Origin: Escherichia coli
GTDB taxonomy: Bacteria > Pseudomonadota > Gammaproteobacteria > Enterobacterales > Enterobacteriaceae
Assembly: GCF_003991155.1 (NCBI RefSeq)
Contig: NZ_CP031293.1
Length of the DNA stretch: 64,000 nucleotides
Reading direction: 5' to 3' (one strand)
Each line of letters begins with the position of its first letter. The first letter of the stretch is position 1. The translations under genes were made by a program, and so were the position numbers. This document shows, piece by piece, positions 11,445 through 20,963 of this stretch. A model generated the notes under the pieces. It saw only the letters and a list, made by a program, of their open reading frames with translations. It did no database searches and was not told where the DNA came from.

Positions 11445-11975
11445 CTCAGGAACCTATCAGATTGAGAGTTACCGTTCTACTATGAGGACCGAATCCTTAT
11501 ATAAAACACTGAGGTAACTCTCATGCTTCATATCCAGTATTCATGATGCTGGCTTTTTGCTGATATTTAACCCGAACATTCCTGATACAGACTATTAATT
11601 CATTTATCTGCGGCAGATTTTATTTTCTGGATATATTATGAGTGAACAAATCAAACAGGATATCGATCTGATTGAGATTTTATTTTATCTGAAGAAAAAG
11701 GTAGATGAATACCAACAAAACTCTGGGCAGTAATAAACAGCATTCTGATAGAGAGTGCCTGTATAAAGCTGAAGTGACAATGACCGGGAAGGGAACCCGT
11801 TTTCAGGAATGGATGCCTGTCTTTTTCAATTTAAATATCCTGGCATTAGTAATGCCAGGATATTTACAGAAGAGCAGCATAACCATGACGGAACGGGGTT
11901 AAGTCAGGTTGTCCTAAACGCTATTTTCAACCTCGTATGCCTTCTTCAGGTTTATGTCCAGACTTCATATCTCTC

Positions 11976-12671
11976 TCAACAATCCTCAATAATCAGATAC
12001 ACCGCTTTCACCGGGCCATGAACTCCGACGACTTTGATAAGCTCAATATCCGCCGTTGAACTGGGGCCGCTAATGATGTTAATGCAGGAAGGCATTCGTT
12101 CACCGGCCTGCGCTTTCTGATGCAATTTTTCTGCGAGTTGCGCTACACGCGGCAGGATAGTGCTTTTACGCAGGATAAAAAGAGAAGATTCCGGGAGCAG
12201 GCTCAATGAACGCCCGCGCCCGGCGGCGGAAAAAAGAACCACGCCTCCCGATTCGGTTAAACCATATTCAGCATACACTACGCCAACTTTAGCCTGCTCT
12301 GCTTGTGATATGTTCTCAATACCTTTCGCCGGATCCCAAACAACGGCATTGCATTCCTGCTGCAAACGTTCGCTAATCCCCAATTCCTCCAGCCTCGTGT
12401 CACCGCTAATCACGATCGACTGATCTCCCAGCTCTTTACACAGACGTATTGCAGCTTCTGCCGCCTTCGCCTCGCTGGTCAGTTCACAGCGCGTCAACAT
12501 AACATCGCTGGCAAACTGGATAAACGCGTCACAGCGCTGCTGTTGGGTAAGTTGGGTAAGCCGCTCGTTAGCATAGTTGTTTAGCGGCGCATCTTCTGCT
12601 TGCGGTTCAAGTCGCAGCGGGCGACCCAGTGCCTGAGCAACGTTATTCAAAAATTCGCTCCGATTATCCAT
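11976..12671 (-). CDS. ykgG: LutC-like protein YkgG
   Basis: ORF 11976-12824; start placed at MDNRSEFLNN to give 231 aa; 8-bp overlap with ykgF stop. Confidence 0.85.
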   Translation of the reverse strand: MDNRSEFLNNVAQALGRPLRLEPQAEDAPLNNYANERLTQLTQQQRCDAFIQFASDVMLTRCELTSEAKAAEAAIRLCKELGDQSIVISGDTRLEELGISERLQQECNAVVWDPAKGIENISQAEQAKVGVVYAEYGLTESGGVVLFSAAGRGRSLSLLPESSLFILRKSTILPRVAQLAEKLHQKAQAGERMPSCINIISGPSSTADIELIKVVGVHGPVKAVYLIIEDC

Positions 12672-14091
12672 TCTTTTTCTCCTGCGCCTGATGTTTCTTA
12701 AACCAACTACGGAAACTCTCTCCGTCAGCTTCAGGAAGATCGCGTGCTTCCATCCAGTCGCTAATCGCGCCAAATTTGAGTGGTGTTTTGCCGCCATTGA
12801 TAAACCAGCTTGCCGCATGAGCACCAGCCATCATCCCAACTTTCCACAATCCTGGATGACTATTGGCATAAGCGAACATTTTTATCGCCCGTTGCTCTGC
12901 TTTTGCGGTGATCCCTTTTTCAGCCATCACCCGACGATGACGCAAAATCAGTTTTGACAGCGGAATACGCACCGGACACACGCTGTCACAAGCGGTGCAT
13001 AAAGAGCAGGCGTAGGGTAAATCTTTAAAATCTTTATAGCCGCCAAGTAGCGGAGAAATCACCGCACCAATTGGCCCTGGATAAATAGAGCCATATCCAT
13101 GACCGCCAATATGGCGATATGCCGGACAAGTATTCATACAAGCCCCGCAGCGAATACAGCGCAGCACATCCCGAAATTCAGAGGCCAGCACCTCAGAACG
13201 CCCGTTATCGACAATAACCAGATGAAACTCTTCAGGACCATCAACGTGCCCCGCTTCGCGCGGTCCTGTCAGCCAGGTGTTGTATCCCGTCAAACGTGCA
13301 CCAACGGCACTGCGCGCCAGCATGGTGATCAATACATCTACCTCGGCAAACGTGGGGGCAATACGCTCCATTCCCATCACTGCAATATGCGTTTTAGGCA
13401 GCGTGGTACACATTCGCGCATTACCTTCATTGGTCACCAGGCATACCGAACCGGTCTCTGCCACCGCGAAATTACAGCCGGTAATACCTATTTCAGCACT
13501 GAGGAAATCTTCGCGGATTTTTTGCCGGATGAATAAGGTCATTGCTTCAGGCGTTTCCGACCCCTCATAGCCCAGACGTTCGTGTAGCACCCGACGGATC
13601 TGATGGCGATCTTTATGAATTGCCGGGACCACAACATGAGAGGGCGGATCTTGATCCAGCTGGAGAATGTATTCACCCAGATCGGTTTCAATCACCTGAA
13701 TGCCAGCATCCTGCAACACATGATTGACACCAATCTCTTCGGTCACCATCGATTTAGATTTCACCACCTTCCGGGCATTTTTGCGTTGGGCAACCTGTAA
13801 AATGTAGCGGGTAGCGTCTTCTTTGGTTTTTGCAAAATAGACGTGACCGCCGTTTTGCGTCACTTTTTCTGAGAGCTGGTACAGATAAGCGTCGAGATTA
13901 CTCAGAACATGATCACGTATCTGGGCGGCCCGATCGCGCCATTCCTCCCAGTGCCCCAATTCATCGACCATTTTTTGCCGATTTGCCCCGATACGCTGCT
14001 GCGCGTTTGCCACCGCTTTGCGCATGATCGGATCTTCAATTTGCTGACGGATGCGTGTCTTAAAATCTGTATTACTGGTTTTGATCGACAT
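12664..14091 (-). CDS. ykgF: LutB-like iron-sulfur protein YkgF (two 4Fe-4S ferredoxin-type motifs)
   Basis: 475 aa; cysteine motifs CIRCGACMNTCP and CSLCTACDSVCP. Confidence 0.9.
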   Translation of the reverse strand: MSIKTSNTDFKTRIRQQIEDPIMRKAVANAQQRIGANRQKMVDELGHWEEWRDRAAQIRDHVLSNLDAYLYQLSEKVTQNGGHVYFAKTKEDATRYILQVAQRKNARKVVKSKSMVTEEIGVNHVLQDAGIQVIETDLGEYILQLDQDPPSHVVVPAIHKDRHQIRRVLHERLGYEGSETPEAMTLFIRQKIREDFLSAEIGITGCNFAVAETGSVCLVTNEGNARMCTTLPKTHIAVMGMERIAPTFAEVDVLITMLARSAVGARLTGYNTWLTGPREAGHVDGPEEFHLVIVDNGRSEVLASEFRDVLRCIRCGACMNTCPAYRHIGGHGYGSIYPGPIGAVISPLLGGYKDFKDLPYACSLCTACDSVCPVRIPLSKLILRHRRVMAEKGITAKAEQRAIKMFAYANSHPGLWKVGMMAGAHAASWFINGGKTPLKFGAISDWMEARDLPEADGESFRSWFKKHQAQEKKNG

Positions 14092-14101
14092 CTTTATATC
14101 C

Positions 14102-14821
14102 TCAGCGACTCATCAGCACTTCAGCAATATGCATCACTTTGACTTTCTGCCCTTCCCGTTGTAATCGTCCACTGATGTTCAGCAGGCAACTCACGTCAGC
14201 ACCAATTAAATACTCAGGGCGGGCTTCCATCAGGTGCACAACCTTTTCTTTCACCATCTCGCCGGATATTTCGGCCATTTTGACCGAGAACGTGCCGCCA
14301 AATCCGCAGCAGGTATCCTGTTCAGCAAAGGTCAACAGCTCCAGTCCACGCACATTTTTCAGCAGCGTAAGTGGTTCGTCCTTCACCCCCAGCTTACGGG
14401 CCAGGCTACAAGATGGGTGATACACCGCTCTCCCTTGCAAACTGGCACCTACATCGACTACCCCTAATGTATTAACAATAAAAGAGGTGAGATCCTGCAT
14501 ACGCGCGGCAACCTTTTCGGCACGTGATGCCCATTCAGGTTCATCCGCCAGATACGTCGGGTAACTTTTTACGGCATAGGTGCAAGAGCCAGCCGGTGAA
14601 ATAATGGGATCGTCGTTATCCTCCAGTGCGGCGATCAGATTTTTCATCCCTGGAATCGCTTCTTTGATATAACCACTATTGATCGCAGGCTGACCGCAGC
14701 ATCCCTGTTTCTCCGGGAAATTTACGCGACAGCCGAGTTTTTCCAGTAGCAGCACGGAGTCTCGTGCCATTCTTGATTTCAGGGCGTCACCAATACAGGT
14801 GACAAAGAAATTGACATTCAC
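14102..14821 (-). CDS. ykgE: LutA-like cysteine-rich Fe-S oxidoreductase subunit YkgE
   Basis: 239 aa with repeated cysteine-rich CCG-type motifs (CCGQP, CCGFGG). Confidence 0.85.
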   Translation of the reverse strand: MNVNFFVTCIGDALKSRMARDSVLLLEKLGCRVNFPEKQGCCGQPAINSGYIKEAIPGMKNLIAALEDNDDPIISPAGSCTYAVKSYPTYLADEPEWASRAEKVAARMQDLTSFIVNTLGVVDVGASLQGRAVYHPSCSLARKLGVKDEPLTLLKNVRGLELLTFAEQDTCCGFGGTFSVKMAEISGEMVKEKVVHLMEARPEYLIGADVSCLLNISGRLQREGQKVKVMHIAEVLMSR

Positions 14822-15346
14822 AACTAATACTCCATTACTTCATGCCCATTTATGCCCGATGGTTCCCCCCTTCCGGGGGATCAATCATCAATAAATATGG
14901 CGTTCTTTTTTAATTGGCTAGCAACATACCACCCCTCATTTGTATGACAAATGATAATCTTTCATCTAAACTTCAAATGCAATAACTAATTTTATTTCTT
15001 TCGGCATCGCTCACATTTTATAGGGAAATCGACGATCATTTTTGGCATAAGAAATCCATTTAAAAAGGCTACACCCCTTATACCTATTCAGAGCTACTTA
15101 TTCAGGGGTTATTGAGATATACACTGATGGTGCACAAAAAAATCACCGACAATAATCACGCATCAAGTAATAGTCGGGATTTTATTTAATTGAAGCAATT
15201 TAGTTTGCATTTTTATTTAAAAACTGAGCTAGAGTCCATCAAAAAAATATATAAAGCCCAAAACCACCGTTGGAAATAGAAATAGTTGAAAGGCTCACAA
15301 CTCCCGGAATGCGGATTATCTTTGCCCTGATTTCTGGCGGTTTTAT

Positions 15347-16201
15347 TCAGGGTGCAAGCTGTCTGACCCTTTCCCGATATTCTCCCGGGGTACAACCAAA
15401 CTCGCGAACAAACGCCTTGTGAAAAGATGATTCACTGGCATAGCCTACTGACTCAGCGATCACCACAACAGGGAGCGTTTCCCGGGAAAACATCTGGGCC
15501 GCTATTTGTAGACGCAACTTTGTTAATACAGCCAGCGGCGTGGTTCCGGAAACATCACGGAAAAGCTGGGCAAAACTTGCCCGGGACATGTGGGCGATGC
15601 TGGCCAGCGATTCGACGGTCCAGGCGTGTCCTGGCATTTCCAGCATTTGCTGTATTACCGCACCAAGACGTGGATGTAGAAGCAAACTGAGAATGTTTTT
15701 CTCTGTATTAACCTGTGCAATCCACTCACGCACCGCGAGGGTAAAGAATGTAGCGCAGATCTGGCTACACAGAGCATCCACTCCCGGCATTGCCGATCTG
15801 GATTCCTGTTGTAAAAACGGGATCGCCTCCCTCAGCCAGTTATATTCCACGCTATGGTTCACTGGTGCTACAAACAGCGTTTCCGGCAAAGACGTTAAAA
15901 AATAACGCGCCGAATGTTGCAGCCGAAGAGTGCCACAGACAATACAGGTCGATTCATTATCGACATGACTCAGGCGATGAGCTGAATTTTGTGGTAGCAG
16001 GACCACATTTCCCGGGCGTAATGTAAAAATCTCTCCCGTCGGCATTTCCAGCTTCGCCGCTCCTTGCGTTAACGCATGCCAACGAATAACCGACAATTCC
16101 CCGGCACCATGTGGAAGTTGCCAGTCACTTCCTAACACGCAATTCTTATCGATCGTTCCTTGTGGAGCGTTAAGCATCAACAAACGGCTAAGAGCATCCA
16201 T
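15347..16201 (-). CDS. rclR: AraC-family reactive-chlorine-responsive regulator RclR
   Basis: ORF 15347-16252; start placed at MDALSRLLML (284 aa); C-terminal AraC HTH; divergent from rclABC. Confidence 0.85.
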   Translation of the reverse strand: MDALSRLLMLNAPQGTIDKNCVLGSDWQLPHGAGELSVIRWHALTQGAAKLEMPTGEIFTLRPGNVVLLPQNSAHRLSHVDNESTCIVCGTLRLQHSARYFLTSLPETLFVAPVNHSVEYNWLREAIPFLQQESRSAMPGVDALCSQICATFFTLAVREWIAQVNTEKNILSLLLHPRLGAVIQQMLEMPGHAWTVESLASIAHMSRASFAQLFRDVSGTTPLAVLTKLRLQIAAQMFSRETLPVVVIAESVGYASESSFHKAFVREFGCTPGEYRERVRQLAP

Positions 16202-16427
16202 ATCAGACTCCTGAGTGGTTTTTTGATTACAAACACCAACAATCTTAGTCAATAATTAATCTAATACCATCAAATAGTTAATCATGATTTTTGTTTTGTG
16301 ATTCTGATTAAGAAAAAGAAAATACCAGACGATAAGACAAAATATCAAGCGTTGTGAAGAAATGTTATTTGCTCTTTTGCGTCTATAGTCATGATGTCAA
16401 ATGAACGCGTTTCGACAGGAAATCATC

Positions 16428-17753
16428 ATGAATAAATATCAGGCAGTTATTATTGGTTTTGGCAAGGCTGGAAAAACATTAGCCGTCACGCTGGCAAAAG
16501 CAGGTTGGCGTGTGGCTCTCATCGAACAATCAAATGCAATGTATGGCGGGACCTGTATTAATATCGGCTGTATCCCAACCAAAACATTGGTTCATGACGC
16601 ACAGCAGCACACAGATTTTGTCCGTGCCATACAGCGTAAAAATGAAGTGGTTAATTTTTTACGTAATAAGAATTTTCATAATCTTGCGGATATGCCCAAT
16701 ATCGACGTGATCGACGGCCAGGCGGAGTTTATCAATAATCATAGCCTGCGTGTTCATCGGCCTGAGGGAAATCTGGAAATTCATGGCGAGAAAATTTTTA
16801 TTAATACCGGTGCAAAAACCGTGGTTCCGCCAATTCCTGGAATTACCACCACGCCTGGTGTATATGACAGCACCGGATTACTTCATCTAAAAGAATTGCC
16901 TGGGCATTTAGGTATTTTGGGCGGCGGATATATTGGCGTTGAGTTCGCCTCTATGTTCGCTAATTTTGGCAGCAAGGTAACCATTTTAGAAGCAGCTTCG
17001 CTGTTTTTGCCTCGGGAAGATCGGGATATTGCTGATAACATCGCGACGATTTTACGCGATCAGGGCGTCGATATTATCCTCAATGCCCATGTGGAGCGAA
17101 TCAGTCACCATGAAAATCAAGTGCAAGTGCATAGCGAGCACGCCCAACTGGCGGTGGATGCACTGTTAATAGCTTCCGGTCGTCAACCGGCTACCGCTTC
17201 TTTACATCCAGAAAATGCCGGTATCGCAGTAAACGAGCGCGGGGCAATTGTCGTTGACAAGCGATTACATACCACCGCAGACAATATTTGGGCGATGGGA
17301 GATGTTACCGGCGGGCTGCAATTTACTTACATATCACTAGATGATTACCGCATTGTACGTGATGAGTTACTGGGTGAAGGCAAACGTAGTACTGATGATC
17401 GGAAAAATGTGCCTTATTCCGTATTTATGACACCGCCACTGTCCAGGGTTGGTATGACAGAAGAACAAGCCAGAGAGAGTGGTGCTGATATTCAGGTGGT
17501 GACATTGCCTGTAGCTGCAATTCCGCGCGCCAGAGTGATGAACGATACCCGTGGGGTATTAAAAGCGATTGTTGATAATAAAACCCAACGTATATTAGGG
17601 GCATCACTGCTGTGTGTTGACTCCCACGAGATGATCAATATAGTGAAAATGGTGATGGATGCCGGGCTGCCTTATAGCATATTACGCGATCAGATATTTA
17701 CTCATCCGTCGATGAGCGAATCACTCAATGATCTATTTTCATTAGTCAAATAA
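16428..17753 (+). CDS. rclA: pyridine nucleotide-disulfide oxidoreductase RclA
   Basis: Start placed at MNKYQAVIIGFGKAGK (441 aa); FAD-binding GxGxxG and redox-active CINIGC motif. Confidence 0.9.
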   Translation: MNKYQAVIIGFGKAGKTLAVTLAKAGWRVALIEQSNAMYGGTCINIGCIPTKTLVHDAQQHTDFVRAIQRKNEVVNFLRNKNFHNLADMPNIDVIDGQAEFINNHSLRVHRPEGNLEIHGEKIFINTGAKTVVPPIPGITTTPGVYDSTGLLHLKELPGHLGILGGGYIGVEFASMFANFGSKVTILEAASLFLPREDRDIADNIATILRDQGVDIILNAHVERISHHENQVQVHSEHAQLAVDALLIASGRQPATASLHPENAGIAVNERGAIVVDKRLHTTADNIWAMGDVTGGLQFTYISLDDYRIVRDELLGEGKRSTDDRKNVPYSVFMTPPLSRVGMTEEQARESGADIQVVTLPVAAIPRARVMNDTRGVLKAIVDNKTQRILGASLLCVDSHEMINIVKMVMDAGLPYSILRDQIFTHPSMSESLNDLFSLVK

Positions 17754-17861
17754 ACTCAAAATCAGACGCCAGAACAAATATTCTGGCGTCTCAGAGAAAA
17801 TAATCTTATTAATTCCCTGTTATTATATAACTTCTTAATCACTTCATTGATGGTATTTTAT

Positions 17862-18098
17862 ATGTTTAAAAAACCTGTTTTATTTGCAACACTATTATCT
17901 GGCGTTATGGCATTTTCCACCAATGCAGATGATAAAATAATTCTGAAACATATCAGCGTCTCGTCAGTATCAGCATCACCGACAGTTCTGGAGGATGCCA
18001 TTGCTGATATGGCCAGAAAATATAATGCTTCATCCTGGAAAGTCACATCGATGCGAATTGATAATAATTCAACCGCAACAGCAGTATTGTATAAATAA
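17862..18098 (+). CDS. rclB: small periplasmic protein RclB
   Basis: 78 aa from MFKKPVLFATLLSGVMAFSTNA (signal peptide); synteny. Confidence 0.8.
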   Translation: MFKKPVLFATLLSGVMAFSTNADDKIILKHISVSSVSASPTVLEDAIADMARKYNASSWKVTSMRIDNNSTATAVLYK

Positions 18099-18109
18099 GG
18101 ATGTTTACA

Positions 18110-18703
18110 ATGGAGAAATACCTGCACCTGTTAAGTCGGGGAGATAAAATTGGCCTGACATTGATTCGTCTGAGTATTGCGATTGTTTTTATGTGGATTG
18201 GGTTATTAAAGTTTGTCCCTTACGAGGCAGACAGCATTACACCATTCGTCGCAAACAGTCCACTAATGTCGTTCTTTTATGAACACCCGGAAGACTATAA
18301 ACAGTATCTGACTCACGAAGGCGAATACAAACCAGAAGCAAGAGCATGGCAAACGGCTAATAATACCTATGGTTTTTCCAACGGTCTTGGCGTCGTGGAG
18401 GTGATTATTGCTCTGCTGGTTTTGGCTAATCCTGTCAATCGCTGGTTAGGTTTATTGGGTGGGCTGATGGCATTTACCACGCCGCTGGTAACACTCTCAT
18501 TTTTAATCACCACCCCGGAGGCATGGGTACCCGCATTGGGTGACGCTCATCATGGTTTCCCTTATTTATCCGGTGCTGGTCGCCTGGTATTGAAAGATAC
18601 TCTGATGCTGGCAGGTGCTGTCATGATAATGGCAGATTCGGCGCGGGACATTCTTAAACAACGCAGTAATGAATCCAGTTCAACGTTAAAAACTGAATAT
18701 TGA
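18110..18703 (+). CDS. rclC: DoxX-like inner-membrane protein RclC
   Basis: 197 aa from MEKYLHLL; multiple TM helices; synteny. Confidence 0.85.
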   Translation: MEKYLHLLSRGDKIGLTLIRLSIAIVFMWIGLLKFVPYEADSITPFVANSPLMSFFYEHPEDYKQYLTHEGEYKPEARAWQTANNTYGFSNGLGVVEVIIALLVLANPVNRWLGLLGGLMAFTTPLVTLSFLITTPEAWVPALGDAHHGFPYLSGAGRLVLKDTLMLAGAVMIMADSARDILKQRSNESSSTLKTEY

Positions 18704-18864
18704 TAATCCGAACACTGTCTGTTGTTCACTTTTTCAGGCGTCAGGCTTTCCTTGCTAATGGGTGAAGCCTGACGCCATATTACCTGAAACAGGACAATGT
18801 AAGGTTCAATATAACTCCCTTATTAAAACATTTATGTCGTCTCAGGTAAAATAAGTGATTAATA

Positions 18865-19749
18865 TCAATCATGTATTTTTACAGCAAGACAACCACGAAC
18901 AAACTCAGGATTAAAATGTTTTACCGATTCCCCAACATAACCCAAATCTAGCGAACTAATTTGCGCCATTTCTTTCTCTGTCAGTGAGAAATCCCAGATA
19001 GCAAAATTTTCTTCGATACGCTGTTGATGTGTTGATTTCGGAATAACGACCACTCCCCGTTGAATATTCCAACGCAGAATGACCTGAGAAATCGATTTTT
19101 GATGGGCATCTGCAATACTCTGAAGCAGATTATTTTCAAAGGGTTTATGTCGTCCACCACCTAACGGAGCCCATGCTTCAGGCTGCACGTTATAATACTT
19201 CATGATTGCCAGCGCCTCTGGTTGGGCAAAATAGGGATGCAACTCGACCTGATTGACCATCGGTTTAACTCTTACCGTTTCACAAAAGTTCGCCAGAACA
19301 TGAGGGTAGAAATTGGAAACCCCAATCGCTTTTAATTTGCCCTCCTCATAGGCATCTTCGAGTGCACGCCACGCACTAAAATAATCGCGCATGGCCTGGT
19401 GCAATAAATAGAGATCGAAGTATTCTAGCCCCGATTTTTTTAATGATGCTTCAATACCTGCTGCTGCAATATCCTGATTCAACATATCCTGCACCCACAA
19501 TTTAGACGTTATAAATAACTCTTCTCGGGTACATAAACCTTCAGATATGGCTTCACGAACGGCTTCACCGACGGCATCTTCATTACCGTATACCGCTGCA
19601 GTGTCGATGAGTCGATAACCCGTGCGGATAGCATTCAACACTGACTGTTTGCACACGTCTTTATCGGTAACCTGAAAAACACCAAATCCCATCATCGGCA
19701 TTTTCAGATTGTTACTTAATACGGAAAATTCCACTGTCAGTCCCTCCAT
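18865..19749 (-). CDS. aldo-keto reductase
   Basis: 294 aa; AKR signature (GFGVFQ, IDTAAVYGNE, LHQ, IPKS). Confidence 0.85.
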   Translation of the reverse strand: MEGLTVEFSVLSNNLKMPMMGFGVFQVTDKDVCKQSVLNAIRTGYRLIDTAAVYGNEDAVGEAVREAISEGLCTREELFITSKLWVQDMLNQDIAAAGIEASLKKSGLEYFDLYLLHQAMRDYFSAWRALEDAYEEGKLKAIGVSNFYPHVLANFCETVRVKPMVNQVELHPYFAQPEALAIMKYYNVQPEAWAPLGGGRHKPFENNLLQSIADAHQKSISQVILRWNIQRGVVVIPKSTHQQRIEENFAIWDFSLTEKEMAQISSLDLGYVGESVKHFNPEFVRGCLAVKIHD

Positions 19750-19981
19750 TAGGTATGAACAATGAGTCTACGTTAAAACGTAACCTCAAATTAGTATGTG
19801 GATTTTGATATCACTTATGCAAAAAATTCATTAATAATGTAGGACTGAAACCTCTCTATTTTTGGGGCAATGAAGCAGACGCTATCAGTGCTTTTGCCTT
19901 GGGACTTGCTGTTTTTGATACACTTAGGGCCCAGGACATAACGAAAATGTGCGATATGACAAAGAATTAACGGAGTATGTG

Positions 19982-20839
19982 ATGATCAGGCAGAAGATTC
20001 TACAGCAGCTCCTGGAGTGGATTGAGTGTAATCTTGAGCACCCTATTTCAATCGAAGATATCGCACAGAAATCTGGCTACAGCAGACGCAACATCCAGCT
20101 TCTGTTCCGAAATTTCATGCATGTGCCTTTGGGAGAATACATTCGCAAACGAAGGCTTTGTCGTGCCGCCATTCTTGTCCGGCTCTCCGCGAAATCTATG
20201 CTTGATATTGCACTCTCTTTGCATTTTGATTCACAGCAATCATTCAGCCGCGAATTTAAAAAGTTATTCGGCTGCTCTCCCCGTGAATACCGCCACCGTG
20301 ATTATTGGGATCTCGCAAATATCTTCCCTTCTTTTTTAATACGTCAACAGCAAAAGACGGAGTGTAGATTAGTCAACTTTCCTGAGACACCTATTTTTGG
20401 CAATTCATTTAAATATGATATTGAAGTGTCGAATAAATCACCGGATGAAGAAGTCAAACTGCGACGTCATCATTTAGCCAGATGTATGAAGAATTTTAAG
20501 ACGGATATCTATTTCGTCTCCACGTTCGAACCGTCAACAAAATCGGTCGATTTGCTCACAGTTGAAACTTTTGCCGGTACGGTATGCAAACAAACCGATT
20601 CAGAGATGTCGAAAGAGTGGACAATTAACCGAGGACTGTATGCCTCTTTCCGCTATGAAGGTGAGTGGGAGCACTACCCTGAATGGGCGCGAAACCTCTA
20701 TCTGATGGAATTACCCGCCAGGAGGTTAGCCAGAATGAACGGCAGTGATATTGAGCGGTTTTATTACAATGAAGATTTCGTAGAAAAGGATAGCAATGAT
20801 GTTGTTTGCGAAATATTTATCCCTGTTCGTCCGGTTTAG
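19982..20839 (+). CDS. ykgA: AraC-family regulator with GyrI-like C-terminal domain (YkgA/Rob-like)
   Basis: ORF 19949-20839; start placed at MIRQKILQQLLEWIE (GGAG SD 5-6 nt upstream); N-terminal AraC double HTH, Rob-like layout. Confidence 0.75.
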   Translation: MIRQKILQQLLEWIECNLEHPISIEDIAQKSGYSRRNIQLLFRNFMHVPLGEYIRKRRLCRAAILVRLSAKSMLDIALSLHFDSQQSFSREFKKLFGCSPREYRHRDYWDLANIFPSFLIRQQQKTECRLVNFPETPIFGNSFKYDIEVSNKSPDEEVKLRRHHLARCMKNFKTDIYFVSTFEPSTKSVDLLTVETFAGTVCKQTDSEMSKEWTINRGLYASFRYEGEWEHYPEWARNLYLMELPARRLARMNGSDIERFYYNEDFVEKDSNDVVCEIFIPVRPV

Positions 20840-20963
20840 CCTGTAAATCCATCACATAAGATTTACCCTACCCTGCCACCGTCTAATCGGTACCAGGGTA
20901 GGTATTCAGTAAATAATGGCGCTGCGCATGTCAACGCCATTATTATTTATTACATCATCGCTT

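Noticed and set aside
14866-14882. Hairpin TCCCCCTTCCGGGGGAT upstream of ykgE
   Set aside because: Too short and isolated to assign as terminator, REP or riboswitch; possibly part of the ykgE leader. Not annotated.
18737-18776. Inverted repeat GGCGTCAGGCTT..AAGCCTGACGCC between convergent rclC and the aldo-keto reductase gene, considered as a terminator
   Set aside because: No U-run follows the stem on either transcript, so it is not a canonical intrinsic terminator; possibly a REP-like or protein-binding element. Not annotated as a feature.
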